The notes: generated from the letters alone by a model not told the origin. A stretch of DNA of 64,000 nucleotides from Actinomycetes bacterium (GCA_030614915.1 JAUXAG010000001.1:61170-125169), one strand, 5' to 3'. Positions 47,631 through 56,646 are shown, counted from the first letter of the stretch. A program made the numbers and translations.

Positions 47631-47943
47631 AGGCACTCTAACAACATCTGACGTGAGCCGCGTTGCAAGACAAATCGGATGGATGCAAGGAAGAACGACG
47701 GCGGGGCACCCCAATCGCGACTTACTGCGATTGGGGACCCCAGTGGCATACCTAGATGGTATGCTTAGGAGTTCTGACGCGGCAGACGCCGATTTGTCTT
47801 GCAACCCGAAGGGACGCCGTCCTTTTGCCCGCCGCCGGCGTCGCTCGTCGTCAATGATGCCCCCTGCATCGTATCCTCCTCGCTTCTAGGCGGTAACCAA
47901 AAATCCAGGCGTCGCGGCCGCGTCAGATGTTGTTAGAGTGCCT
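47631..47943. repeat. 313-bp nested-palindromic element (MITE-like or structured RNA)
   Basis: Perfect 23-bp terminal inverted repeats AGGCACTCTAACAACATCTGACG (47631-47653 / 47921-47943). Internal perfect 17-bp inverted repeat GTTGCAAGACAAATCGG (47661-47677 / 47789-47805). Additional hairpins at 47709-47736 and 47745-47765. Confidence 0.8.
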
Positions 47944-48059
47944 GATCCAACTGCCAAAATTGCACCTTTCAGACTCATTGTGGCAGATTCCCGGCCCTTT
48001 GGCACCCGCTACGGGGATTGTAACTATCCCCCTGCAAAGGTGTTGAAAAATGTGTTTTC

Positions 48060-48075
48060 TGGCACGCCCTTTGCA
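48060..48075 (+). promoter_or_regulatory. sigma-54 (-24/-12) promoter upstream of hsp20
   Basis: TGGCACGccctTTGCA is an exact fit to the TGGCACG-N4-TTGCW consensus. It ends 104 nt before the hsp20 ATG. Confidence 0.7.
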
Positions 48076-48179
48076 CAAAGCGCTAATGGAAGAATTAAGG
48101 TTTTTGAGGCCTATAATAAAGTAGGTGAGGGGAAGTTTTCCCGAACCTGCAACTGGACAAACAAAGGAGGTGATCAGCC

Positions 48180-48632
48180 ATGTTGCCAATAGTACTGAGA
48201 ACAAGGAATCGGACGTTGGATTTCGACAGTCCCCTGTCGCCTTTTGCCGAATTCGAACACATGCTGGAGCACATCTGGGACGGTTCTCGGCCGACTGGAA
48301 TCTTCGGCGGCTACGATGTGGACATCTACTCCGACGGTGATCACATCTTTCTGGAAGCTGAACTGCCCGGCCTGAGCAGGGAGGACGTCCAGGTCAGCGT
48401 GGAGGAGGGAGTACTGACCATCGCCGGTAGAAAGACGCACGAGAAGATCGCAAAGGATCACGTGCACCACCTGCAGGAGCGGTATTTCGGCTCGTTTAGC
48501 CGAAGCTTTACACTGCCGGCTACCGTGGACGCCAAGAAGGTCGAGGCTACGATGACCGACGGCGTGCTCCGCGTGGTCCTGGCCAAACGCGAAAAGGCCA
48601 AGACCAAGCGGATCGAAGTGAAAGGCAAATAG
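48180..48632 (+). CDS. Hsp20/alpha-crystallin family small heat-shock protein
   Basis: 150 aa. AAGGAGG SD. Alpha-crystallin domain (DIYSDGDHIFLEAELPGLSREDVQVSVEEGVLTIAG...ATMTDGVLRVVL). Confidence 0.9.
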   Translation: MLPIVLRTRNRTLDFDSPLSPFAEFEHMLEHIWDGSRPTGIFGGYDVDIYSDGDHIFLEAELPGLSREDVQVSVEEGVLTIAGRKTHEKIAKDHVHHLQERYFGSFSRSFTLPATVDAKKVEATMTDGVLRVVLAKREKAKTKRIEVKGK

Positions 48633-48681
48633 GGCCTGGCGGAGAGACACTACTGTTGATTGTCGAGCGTCTAACCAAAAG

Positions 48682-48720
48682 AACACAGGCGGACGGCCAA
48701 GGCTGCCCGCCTGTGTTTTT
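48682..48720 (+). terminator. rho-independent terminator of hsp20
   Basis: AACACAGGCGG-loop-CCGCCTGTGTT, followed by TTT. Confidence 0.8.
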
Positions 48721-48931
48721 CATCGGGCGTCCTTGCGGGGAGAATGGATTCGTTTTCAGATGCTTCTAGGCCTGCGTTTGCACAAGGCCAAACCACTAAT
48801 CACCAACAAAGCCGGCGCGGCTGGTTCGGGGACGTCGTATTTGGCCACGAAGGCGTCAGGGACAGAATTTGCTTGACATCGCACGTCAAAAATCTTTATT
48901 TATATAGAGCAGAGTTAGAGTTAAGGTTTAA

Positions 48932-49005
<74 letters not shown>

Positions 49006-49065
49006 ATTTAATCATGCAGACCATCGGTAACAGGCTGTATCCAAGTTTGTCCGTCAGTATTCGAG

Positions 49066-50640
49066 GTGTTGATGAGTATCTTGAACCAGATTAACAATGT
49101 AAAAGGATTGGCTGAACCTCTGAAATCTAGCCAGGCCAAAGCGCTGGCTGCGGAGCTATCTGCGCCCTTGAGTCTGGACGTGTACGCTAGCTCGTTGGCG
49201 GTAAAGAATTCAACCTTGTGGTTTTTGGGTAAGAAGGGCGACAAGAAGATGGTGGGGCAGGTCTGGTCGGGGACCAAGGAACTTGGCGAACTGAGCGGGC
49301 AAGGCAGCCAAATGGAACTGGCCGGTGAAAGCGTCCAGGTGAGGACAGGTCCAGCCAATGCCCAGAACGCGGCTGTGGTGCGAGCTAACCTTCGCTTCAC
49401 TGGGCCGACGTTGATTGGGCTGAGCAAGTCATTTGGCGCCGGCGACAGGCTGGGCCTGGCGAGCCCGGCGCACATCCGGGCACTGCGAGGAAAGTCGATG
49501 GGCGCTTATCTGGCCCAGCAGTCCATCCGGGAAATGGCCCGGACAAACCGCAGCCCCCAAGAGGTGATGGACGATGTGACCTGGGCAGTGCTGCAGGAGG
49601 GATTCCGGGAGGGTTTCGGCTCCGATGCGGACCATCTGAAGAACATGGAGGATATCGAGCGGTGCCTGGCGGCGGGCTTTACGCTATTCACCATCGATCC
49701 GGGCGAACATGTGGTGGACCAGGCGGATGAACTTTCGGGGACAGGGCTGCAAGAACAATTCGAGCAGGTCAAGTGGGCCCAGTTGGAGACAACGGGGGGT
49801 GATTGCCTGGGGAGGTATGCGGATAAGACAGTCAACCTTCCCGGTGGGGTTTACCTGAGTATCAGTAAGGAGCAGCTGGGCCGGGCGGCGGTGAAGTACG
49901 GTGCGGCTGTGGCCCACACGGTCAAGCTGCAGCGGTACCTTTTGAGCCAACGTCGGACTGAGGAGTTTGAGCTGGAAATGAGCGTGGACGAAACGAATAG
50001 TCCGACGTCGTTGGCGGAACATTTTTACGTAGCGAGCGAGCTGGGGCGGCTGGGGGTCAAGCCGGTGAGCCTGGCGCCGAGGTTTGTGGGAGCTTTTGAA
50101 AAGGGGGTGGATTACCAGGGGGATCTGCAGGAATTCGAGGAGTCTCTAGTGGGGCACGTGGCTATCGCCAAGCACCTGGGGCCTTACAAGATTTCGTTCC
50201 ACTCGGGGTCGGATAAGTTCAGCATCTATCCGATCGCTGCGAGGGTGGCGGGTGAGCTGGTGCACTTGAAGACGGCAGGGACGAGCTATCTGGAGGCGTT
50301 GCGGTGCATTGGGCAAGTGGAACCGGCGCTGTTTCGGGAGATCCTGGCCTTTGCCTTCGAGCGTTATGATGAGGATAAAGCAACTTACCACGTCTCGGCG
50401 GAGCCGGGCAAGGTTCCGCAGCCGAACGAGCTGAAGGATTCGGAACTGATGGGTGTGCTGGACTTATTCGATGGCCGACAATTGCTGCACGTAACCTATG
50501 GGTCGGTGCTGCAAGCCAAGAACACTGACGGCTCTGAGCGTTTCCGCCGGCGGCTGTTGAGGGCTCTGGAAAAGCACGAGGAAGAGCACTACGCTATCGT
50601 GCAGGCCCACATAGCTAAACACGTTGATCCGTTTTGCTAG
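49066..50640 (+). CDS. tagaturonate/fructuronate epimerase (UxaE)-like protein
   Basis: 524 aa. SFGAGDRLGLASPAHIRAL, FGSDADHLK, FTIDP, HSGSDKFSIYP and KTAGTSYLEAL motifs, as I recall them for the UxaE family. Called from memory only. Confidence 0.55.
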   Translation: MLMSILNQINNVKGLAEPLKSSQAKALAAELSAPLSLDVYASSLAVKNSTLWFLGKKGDKKMVGQVWSGTKELGELSGQGSQMELAGESVQVRTGPANAQNAAVVRANLRFTGPTLIGLSKSFGAGDRLGLASPAHIRALRGKSMGAYLAQQSIREMARTNRSPQEVMDDVTWAVLQEGFREGFGSDADHLKNMEDIERCLAAGFTLFTIDPGEHVVDQADELSGTGLQEQFEQVKWAQLETTGGDCLGRYADKTVNLPGGVYLSISKEQLGRAAVKYGAAVAHTVKLQRYLLSQRRTEEFELEMSVDETNSPTSLAEHFYVASELGRLGVKPVSLAPRFVGAFEKGVDYQGDLQEFEESLVGHVAIAKHLGPYKISFHSGSDKFSIYPIAARVAGELVHLKTAGTSYLEALRCIGQVEPALFREILAFAFERYDEDKATYHVSAEPGKVPQPNELKDSELMGVLDLFDGRQLLHVTYGSVLQAKNTDGSERFRRRLLRALEKHEEEHYAIVQAHIAKHVDPFC

Positions 50641-50817
50641 GTTTCTTGTGAGGAAAAGGTAATAGCTAAGTCAACTCTGGATGCGGTAGTAGCTGGGCTG
50701 CTAACTTTAGATATCAGCCCCGATCTGAATACTCTAGCCAAACCTGTACGTCTAGGCGAGATATTCGCCCCGACCCGGCTAACCAGTGTTGGCCGGGCAT
50801 GCCTGAGCACCGGAGGG

Positions 50818-51876
50818 GTGGTGAGCAACACAGGGCTGGCTCTGCGACGCTTGGGGATTCGAGTGGTACTGATGGGCAAGTGCGGGGCGGACGTCTTCGG
50901 GCGGGCAGTTCTGGAGTTGCTGGAGCGTGAAGCGCCCGGGTCTGCTGCGGCCACTGCCCTGGTGAAAAATGAGCCTACCTCTTATACGCTTGTGCTGTCC
51001 CCGCCGGGGATCGATCGCTTTTTTCTGCACTGCGCAGGAACGAACGACACCTTCGCCTTCAAAGACCTGAAGCTGGCTACGATCAGGCGGGCGAGGCTGT
51101 TTCATTTCGGCTATCCCACTTTGATGAAGCGGACCTTGGCCAATAAGGGGCGAGAGCTGATCAAGATATTCAGGTCCGTCCGACAGCTTGGGGTGACTAC
51201 TTCCCTGGACTTATCACTGCCGGATCCGAACAGCCCTGCAGGACGTCTAAATTGGCTTGAATTACTGCCGCGATTGCTGCCCTACGTCGATATATTTGTG
51301 CCCAGCCTGGAAGAATTGGTGTTCATCATGTCGCCGGGTCGGTTCAAGCGGTTGGTGCGTCGGGCCAAAGGAGGCGATCTGCTAAATGATCTGGACCTGG
51401 ACGTAGTCATGGAATTGGCTGGGCAGTGCCTAGAGATGGGGGTCAAGGTCATGTTGGTTAAATGTGGCCGACTGGGAGTCTATGCCCGAAGCGGGGACAG
51501 GTCGCAGATCGAGCAAATGGGTAGGGCCTGCCCGCTAAAGAAAATCAAAGACTGGGCCCAACGGGAGATCTTCGAGCCGAGCTTTCAAGTCAAGAAGATC
51601 GTGTCCGCTCTGGGAGCTGGTGACTGTGCGGTGGCCGGTTTTCTGGCGGGGCTGCTTCGGGGCGTAAGTTTGGCCGATGCCCTGCGATATTCTACGGCTG
51701 TGGGTGCTCAGAACGTGCGAGTGCTCGATGCGGTCTCGGGAACAAAGAGTTGGAAACAGACTACTGAGCAGATTCGCAAACGGCCAACCAAAACTCTCCT
51801 GCAGCTTGATATGAGCTGCTGGCGGTGGGTTGGGCTTGAACGGCACTACCTGGGGCCACACGACGGGAACGACTGA
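50818..51876 (+). CDS. PfkB-family carbohydrate kinase (annotated from the first canonical start; the true N-terminus lies upstream)
   Basis: 352 aa from GTG 50818. GGVVSNTG and GAGDCAVAGF motifs. The in-frame upstream sequence 50641-50817 encodes the expected N-terminal strand (KSTLDAVVAGLLTLDI) but contains no ATG/GTG/TTG. Confidence 0.75.
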   Translation: MVSNTGLALRRLGIRVVLMGKCGADVFGRAVLELLEREAPGSAAATALVKNEPTSYTLVLSPPGIDRFFLHCAGTNDTFAFKDLKLATIRRARLFHFGYPTLMKRTLANKGRELIKIFRSVRQLGVTTSLDLSLPDPNSPAGRLNWLELLPRLLPYVDIFVPSLEELVFIMSPGRFKRLVRRAKGGDLLNDLDLDVVMELAGQCLEMGVKVMLVKCGRLGVYARSGDRSQIEQMGRACPLKKIKDWAQREIFEPSFQVKKIVSALGAGDCAVAGFLAGLLRGVSLADALRYSTAVGAQNVRVLDAVSGTKSWKQTTEQIRKRPTKTLLQLDMSCWRWVGLERHYLGPHDGND

Positions 51877-52149
51877 GCAGAAAAAACTCTCAGCCCAAGC
51901 AGTCAAAACTCTAGCGGGAACGGCACATTCGAGCCTTGTGTAACGGTCCGGAGGCACTGGGAGCCTCATATTCTGCCGACATTACGGCGCAGAAGTTATA
52001 TCGGACTACCTGTAGCTGGTTCCGAGAAAGCGGCTCTGCCTATCCACGGTTTGGGCAGTTGTGGGAGTACTCTTATGAGGCAGTTTTGAGGAATTCCATA
52101 ACGTCCTTCGTGGCAAGAAGATAGAGTGGCAGAAAATGTCGGAAATTAC

Positions 52150-52178
52150 TTGACACAAACCCTCGTTTGGTGTATACT
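52150..52178 (+). promoter_or_regulatory. near-consensus sigma-70 promoter for the PEP-CTERM protein gene
   Basis: TTGACA (52150-52155), 17-nt spacer, TATACT (52173-52178). About 150-nt leader before the ATG at 52335. Confidence 0.6.
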
Positions 52179-52334
52179 ATATGGTGTAGCAGTGGACTTA
52201 GACTGCCAAGTTACACGGTATTATTGGAGAGAGAGCCCAATAATTCCAACAATCTAGCTTTGTAGGGTCATTTGGAACCGTTCAGGTAAAGAGAGAGTAT
52301 TTTAACAAGCCCAAGCCTGGTTAGGAGATGAGAG

Positions 52335-53435
52335 ATGCAGAGAGCATGTGCACGACCAGTATTTGTATTAGTCAGCATTCTGGCAATAGTAGGAATCCTG
52401 AGCAACCCGGTTCTAGCAGACTTCAAGAATTTCGGCATTTATCAGGACACCAATGCCGACGGTGTGCTCAATCCCGGTGATACGTTCATCGAGGGCTTCA
52501 TGAGTTGGTACACCTACTATTCTGCGGCTAGCAGCTACAACTACAACAATCACTCGGATTCACACTTAAAAATCGACGAAGACCACGACCAACCATATTT
52601 GACCGGTGCGCCGTACGCTGCCGACCAGGCCGATGATGGCGAGCTAAGCTGCCTGTTCGATAGCCCAGCTGATGAAGCATTTGCCGAAGATAAACTGCAC
52701 ATCTACATGGCCTGGAGCAAGTGGGACAACGCACCGGAACAATCGGGGGAAAATAAAGATGGTTTTGCCCTGGCAATGATTGCAAACAACTACACCCGCG
52801 AAGCAGCGACTGCTACTGTGTCTGGCGGATACGATCTGGATATCGCGATTAACAATGACGGCACCTCATGGCCTCAGGTAACCTTGAGCGATGATTACAT
52901 CGACAAATTCGGCAATGTCACCGGCCGACCACCGGCTCCCGGCATCCTAGACCCCGATGCCCTAGAGCAGGAATACTACAAGATTGCTCCAGGCCCCGCG
53001 CCTTATGACCATTATTTTCAGGGCCGATGGGATTATACCGAAAACACTGGTGACGGAGGAGTCATCAGTGGTATTCACAACATCGACTACGATATAGTGA
53101 TCAATCCGTCCGATATAGTACAATCGATCAGTGCCGACGGTTTGGTAATTCGTATCGATCCTCTGGCCTTCCGCGACGTCGACACGATTGTTTTCTATGA
53201 TTTCGGCTACTCTGAGGATGCTGTAGATACACTAGGCGATACAGTCCCGCTTCACTATGCCGGTAATACCGCTAACTTCGACCCACTGCGCATAGAGATT
53301 GCGGCAGATACGGCTGCGAGTAAGACGTTGTTCATTGCCAGTATTCCCGTTCCTGAGCCGAGCGGTTTATTGAGCCTGCTGATCCTGGGCACAATAGTTG
53401 TCCTGGGCAGGCGGCGCGGGAAAAACCGAATGTAG
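52335..53435 (+). CDS. PEP-CTERM sorting-domain secreted protein
   Basis: 366 aa. Signal peptide. The C-terminus PVPEPSGLLSLLILGTIVVLGRRRGKNRM is the PEP motif + TM + Arg cluster. Confidence 0.8.
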   Translation: MQRACARPVFVLVSILAIVGILSNPVLADFKNFGIYQDTNADGVLNPGDTFIEGFMSWYTYYSAASSYNYNNHSDSHLKIDEDHDQPYLTGAPYAADQADDGELSCLFDSPADEAFAEDKLHIYMAWSKWDNAPEQSGENKDGFALAMIANNYTREAATATVSGGYDLDIAINNDGTSWPQVTLSDDYIDKFGNVTGRPPAPGILDPDALEQEYYKIAPGPAPYDHYFQGRWDYTENTGDGGVISGIHNIDYDIVINPSDIVQSISADGLVIRIDPLAFRDVDTIVFYDFGYSEDAVDTLGDTVPLHYAGNTANFDPLRIEIAADTAASKTLFIASIPVPEPSGLLSLLILGTIVVLGRRRGKNRM

Positions 53436-53467
53436 CCATCGGCAAGCCAAAAAGTTCGTTGCTAATA

Positions 53468-53503
53468 AAACGAGGTCCAAAGTAATCGCTTTGGACCTCG
53501 TTT
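53468..53503. terminator. bidirectional rho-independent terminator between convergent genes
   Basis: AAACGAGGTCCAAAG-taatcg-CTTTGGACCTCGTTT, with an A-run and a T-run flanking on opposite sides. Confidence 0.8.
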
Positions 53504-53528
53504 GGTTTACAGGCCTGAGCCATCCCGG

Positions 53529-54473
53529 CTAGGCCTTAAACAAATCCGCTTTTCCGGAGACGTTGAGGACCTGCATTTTGTGCCGAACCATGGCGATGAT
53601 GGCCTCTCGCCCGGGTCCCAGATACTTACGTGGGTCGATCTCTGCGGGATTCTTCTCGAAGACTTCACGGATCATGGCTGTCAGAACCAAGCGGAGGTCG
53701 GTGTCGATGTTTACTTTGACGACGCCGAACTCGGTGGCGGCCCTGTGGATCATCTCTTCGGGCACGCCGCGGGCCTCGGGGAGTTTGCCGCCATACTTGT
53801 TGCAGCGATCGACGAACTCCTGGGGCACACTGGATGAGCCGTGCATAACCAGTGGAAAACCGGGAATCTTTTCCTGAATGCGGGCCAGGCGGTCAAAATT
53901 GAGCTTGGGCTCACCGGCGAACTTATTGGGCCCGTGCTTGGTGCCGATTGCCACAGCCAATGAATCACAGCCGCTTTCGGTAATAAACTTATGGGCTTGG
54001 TCGGGATTGGTGAAGACAGCATCGCGGTCCTCGACCTTTACGTGCTCTTCTTCTCCAGCGAGCTTTCCCAGTTCGGCTTCGACGACAACTCCTTTGCTGT
54101 GGGCATAATCGACGACCTTCTTGGTCATGGCGATGTTCTCGGCGAGGGACAGGGCGGAGGCGTCGATCATAACCGAGGTGTAACCGTCCTCGATGCATTC
54201 CTTGCAGAGCTCAAAGGTGTCGCCGTGGTCGCAGTGGATGACAATTGGAAGGTCGGTCTGGGCGACGGCAACATCGATCATGGCCTTGAGGTACTTGATA
54301 TTGGCATAGGCCCGGGCGCCCTTTGATATCTGCAAGATAAGGGGGGCATTTTCGGCTTTGGCGGCCTCGACGATGGCCTGGAGCAGCTCCATGTTGTTGA
54401 CATTGAAGGCCCCGACGGCAAACCCACCGTCGTAGGCTGCCTTGAACATCTTCTCGGTAGTAACTAATGGCAT
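53529..54473 (-). CDS. fba: class II fructose-bisphosphate aldolase
   Basis: 314 aa. Motifs GAFNVNNME, IVIHCDHG and the LVMHGSS Zn/catalytic motif. Confidence 0.9.
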   Translation of the reverse strand: MPLVTTEKMFKAAYDGGFAVGAFNVNNMELLQAIVEAAKAENAPLILQISKGARAYANIKYLKAMIDVAVAQTDLPIVIHCDHGDTFELCKECIEDGYTSVMIDASALSLAENIAMTKKVVDYAHSKGVVVEAELGKLAGEEEHVKVEDRDAVFTNPDQAHKFITESGCDSLAVAIGTKHGPNKFAGEPKLNFDRLARIQEKIPGFPLVMHGSSSVPQEFVDRCNKYGGKLPEARGVPEEMIHRAATEFGVVKVNIDTDLRLVLTAMIREVFEKNPAEIDPRKYLGPGREAIIAMVRHKMQVLNVSGKADLFKA

Positions 54474-54610
54474 TCGATGACTCCTAAAGATACGCCTGGG
54501 TCCTGTCGCCGGAGTGACTTACTGCGACCAGACAGAACAGCAATCAGCGGTTGCGTCTTTTAGCATAATCGGCGGTGTCTGTCCAGAGGTTGAGGTGAAG
54601 TTTTTGGTGC

Positions 54611-55837
54611 TTAGGGATGATCGAGCCAGTGGCGTACGAATTTTCGGGCCTGGGCCTTAGTCTTGACCAGCTCATTGAGCTGGGCCTCGTAGACGGCGGC
54701 GAGGCACTTGCCCATCCGGGGACCCGGGCCCAGGCCCATGGCCAGTAAGTCCTTGCCGTTAATCAAAGGTGCGGGACTGATGTTCTCAGGATCAATCTGC
54801 CGGCATCGTCGGCGCAATTGGCGGCAGGCTCTGTCCGGGGCAACAGTGCTGTAAAGCCAGAGTAACTCGCGAAAGATACCGCTGGCCAACATTCTTTTCA
54901 GCCGGGCCAAGGAGATTTGCTCGATCTCGGCTTGGTCGGCCACTAGGCCCCTGACCGTTTCGGTCAGCCAGGCAGTCTGGTCCACCAACTCGTTGCTGAG
55001 CTTAAGGCGACGGGCGATGGCTTTGGCCCGCTCGCCGGACTGCTTTGGCTGATAGGTTTGATCCAGTCCGTAGAGCAGGCAAGCCAATCCGGCCGGGACG
55101 CTGGCTCCCTTGAGCTGGGCCAGTCGCTGGGCGGCACAGGTGTAATCCACCTCGGGCAGGATGACCTTAAGCAGGCCGAGTTCGCCTGCCAGGCTGATGC
55201 CCTGAGCCCGACCGGGACTTTTGAGTATAGTCAAGAGCTCATCAGCGATTCGCTCTACGGAAATTCGCTTAATCTTCTGGGCCTGCTCCGAAATTGCCCT
55301 GGCGGTGCTGTCTTCGAGGGTAAAACCGAAGCTGCAGGCGAAGCGTATGGCCCGGAGCATCCGCAGATGATCCTCGGCGAAGCGGCGCTGGGGCTGGCCG
55401 ATAGAACGGATGACTTTGCGGCGCAGGTCAACCTCTCCGCCGACATAATCGATAACCTTATTCTCGAAGGGATCGTAGAACATGCCATTGATGGTAAAGT
55501 CACGGCGGAGGGCGTCGTGCTCGGCGTCACTGTAGATGATGCGTTCAGGACGGCGGCCATCCTTGTAAACAAGGTCGCGTCGGAAAGTGGCTACCTCGAC
55601 CTGCGTGCCTGGGCCCAGGACGATTACCACCCCAAACTTGGCCCCGACCATCAGGGTCCGGCGAAAAAGATTCTTGACTTCCATGGGTTTGGCGCTGGTG
55701 GCTACGTCGTAGTCTTTGGGCTTTACCTGGCGGAGCATGTCGCGGACACACCCGCCGGCCCAGAAGGCTTGGTAGCCGGCAATGCGGAGCCGGCGAACGA
55801 TTTGCTTGGCGAAATCTCGCTGTTTTTCACCACCCAT
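54611..55837 (-). CDS. cca: CCA tRNA nucleotidyltransferase / poly(A) polymerase family protein
   Basis: 408 aa. Motifs GGCVRDML...DYDVAT and RRDFTINGMFYD. Confidence 0.8.
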   Translation of the reverse strand: MGGEKQRDFAKQIVRRLRIAGYQAFWAGGCVRDMLRQVKPKDYDVATSAKPMEVKNLFRRTLMVGAKFGVVIVLGPGTQVEVATFRRDLVYKDGRRPERIIYSDAEHDALRRDFTINGMFYDPFENKVIDYVGGEVDLRRKVIRSIGQPQRRFAEDHLRMLRAIRFACSFGFTLEDSTARAISEQAQKIKRISVERIADELLTILKSPGRAQGISLAGELGLLKVILPEVDYTCAAQRLAQLKGASVPAGLACLLYGLDQTYQPKQSGERAKAIARRLKLSNELVDQTAWLTETVRGLVADQAEIEQISLARLKRMLASGIFRELLWLYSTVAPDRACRQLRRRCRQIDPENISPAPLINGKDLLAMGLGPGPRMGKCLAAVYEAQLNELVKTKAQARKFVRHWLDHP

Positions 55838-56210
55838 ATTCGCAAAAGTGTATGGTTTTGACTGTTCTTTTGCCAGCCGAAAAGCAGACGCGAAGGGGGC
55901 AGCGAAGAGCAGAGCCCGATATATTCAAGCGAGCAGCCCAAAGATCAGCCAGCTGGAAGTGCCAAGTTGTGGCTAATCAGAGAAACGTTGCATCAAGACA
56001 ACATGAATGGTAATTGCCGGTGGAATATAGCCTTGTATAAAATACTCGGGCATGATGCGAGTGGGCATGTTGAGCCAAATCAACATTCTAATCTGGAAAG
56101 GCAAGGTCCGAATTTCGCCTGGCATCCGGCAGCAGGCACAACTGCCCAGACTTCAGGTGGTTGGGGGGCAGGAATAGGGCAATGCTAGTTATCAGTGCTG
56201 ATAAGGCCGA

Positions 56211-56225
56211 TGGCACGGGCTTTGC
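56211..56225 (+). promoter_or_regulatory. sigma-54-type promoter upstream of the 88-aa ORF
   Basis: TGGCACGggctTTGC has the correct GG/GC spacing. About 155 nt upstream of the ATG at 56380. Flanked by two copies of TTATCAGTGC (56189-56198, 56258-67). Confidence 0.5.
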
Positions 56226-56379
56226 GGCAGTTAGCAACAGCCATCAGGCTAGCCGCTTATCAGTGCGAAGATTATCGGAGCCGGCATCAAGGCGCTCTTA
56301 GCCCGGTCTTGAGGAGCTGCTTTGAGAGTGAGCAGGCGAACAGTTGGATTGAGCCAGAAAGGTAAAAGGTAATAAGACC

Positions 56380-56646
56380 ATGGATGAAACAACTTTCCAG
56401 AAGAGATTAGCTGAACTGCTGAGTGAGATTGCAAGCCTGCCTGCTTCGCAGCGGAGCAAGCTGGAGTTATTGGTGGCCGATACCAAGAAGCGTCACGAAC
56501 AGCTTCGGGCCAGTGCCAGCAACGTTCAGGATAGTCTGGACTATCTGCGAGTAGCTATTAAATATTTATTGTTCGATCTCGAGGCTACTCGGCGCGAAAA
56601 CTCGTATCTGCGGAAGATGCTGCAACGGCATCAGGGGGATAAATAG
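56380..56646 (+). CDS. hypothetical coiled-coil protein
   Basis: 88 aa, helical heptad-like sequence. No domain recognised. Confidence 0.45.
   Translation: MDETTFQKRLAELLSEIASLPASQRSKLELLVADTKKRHEQLRASASNVQDSLDYLRVAIKYLLFDLEATRRENSYLRKMLQRHQGDK

Noticed and set aside
47653-47889. 78-aa ORF inside the 313-bp palindromic element
   Set aside because: It has a GTG start with no SD, an Arg/Ser/Pro-rich C-terminus, and a frame dictated by the inverted repeats. It is more likely non-coding.
47631-47943. CIRCE (HrcA operator) or integron attC interpretation of the terminal repeats
   Set aside because: CIRCE is TTAGCACTC-N9-GAGTGCTAA. Here the arms are GGCACTCTAA / TTAGAGTGCC, which is a different sequence, and they are about 270 bp apart rather than 9 bp. 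The attC core GTTRRRY is not satisfied (GTTAGAG), the element is far larger than attC sites, and no intI is nearby.
48112-48117. TATAAT hexamer in the hsp20 leader as a sigma-70 -10 element
   Set aside because: No acceptable -35 lies at 16-18 nt spacing. The perfect sigma-54 element 40 nt upstream is the better-supported promoter, though a secondary promoter cannot be excluded.
55058-55861. 267-aa plus-strand ORF
   Set aside because: Antisense to the CCA-adding enzyme gene, which carries the GGxVRD and RRDFTIN motifs.
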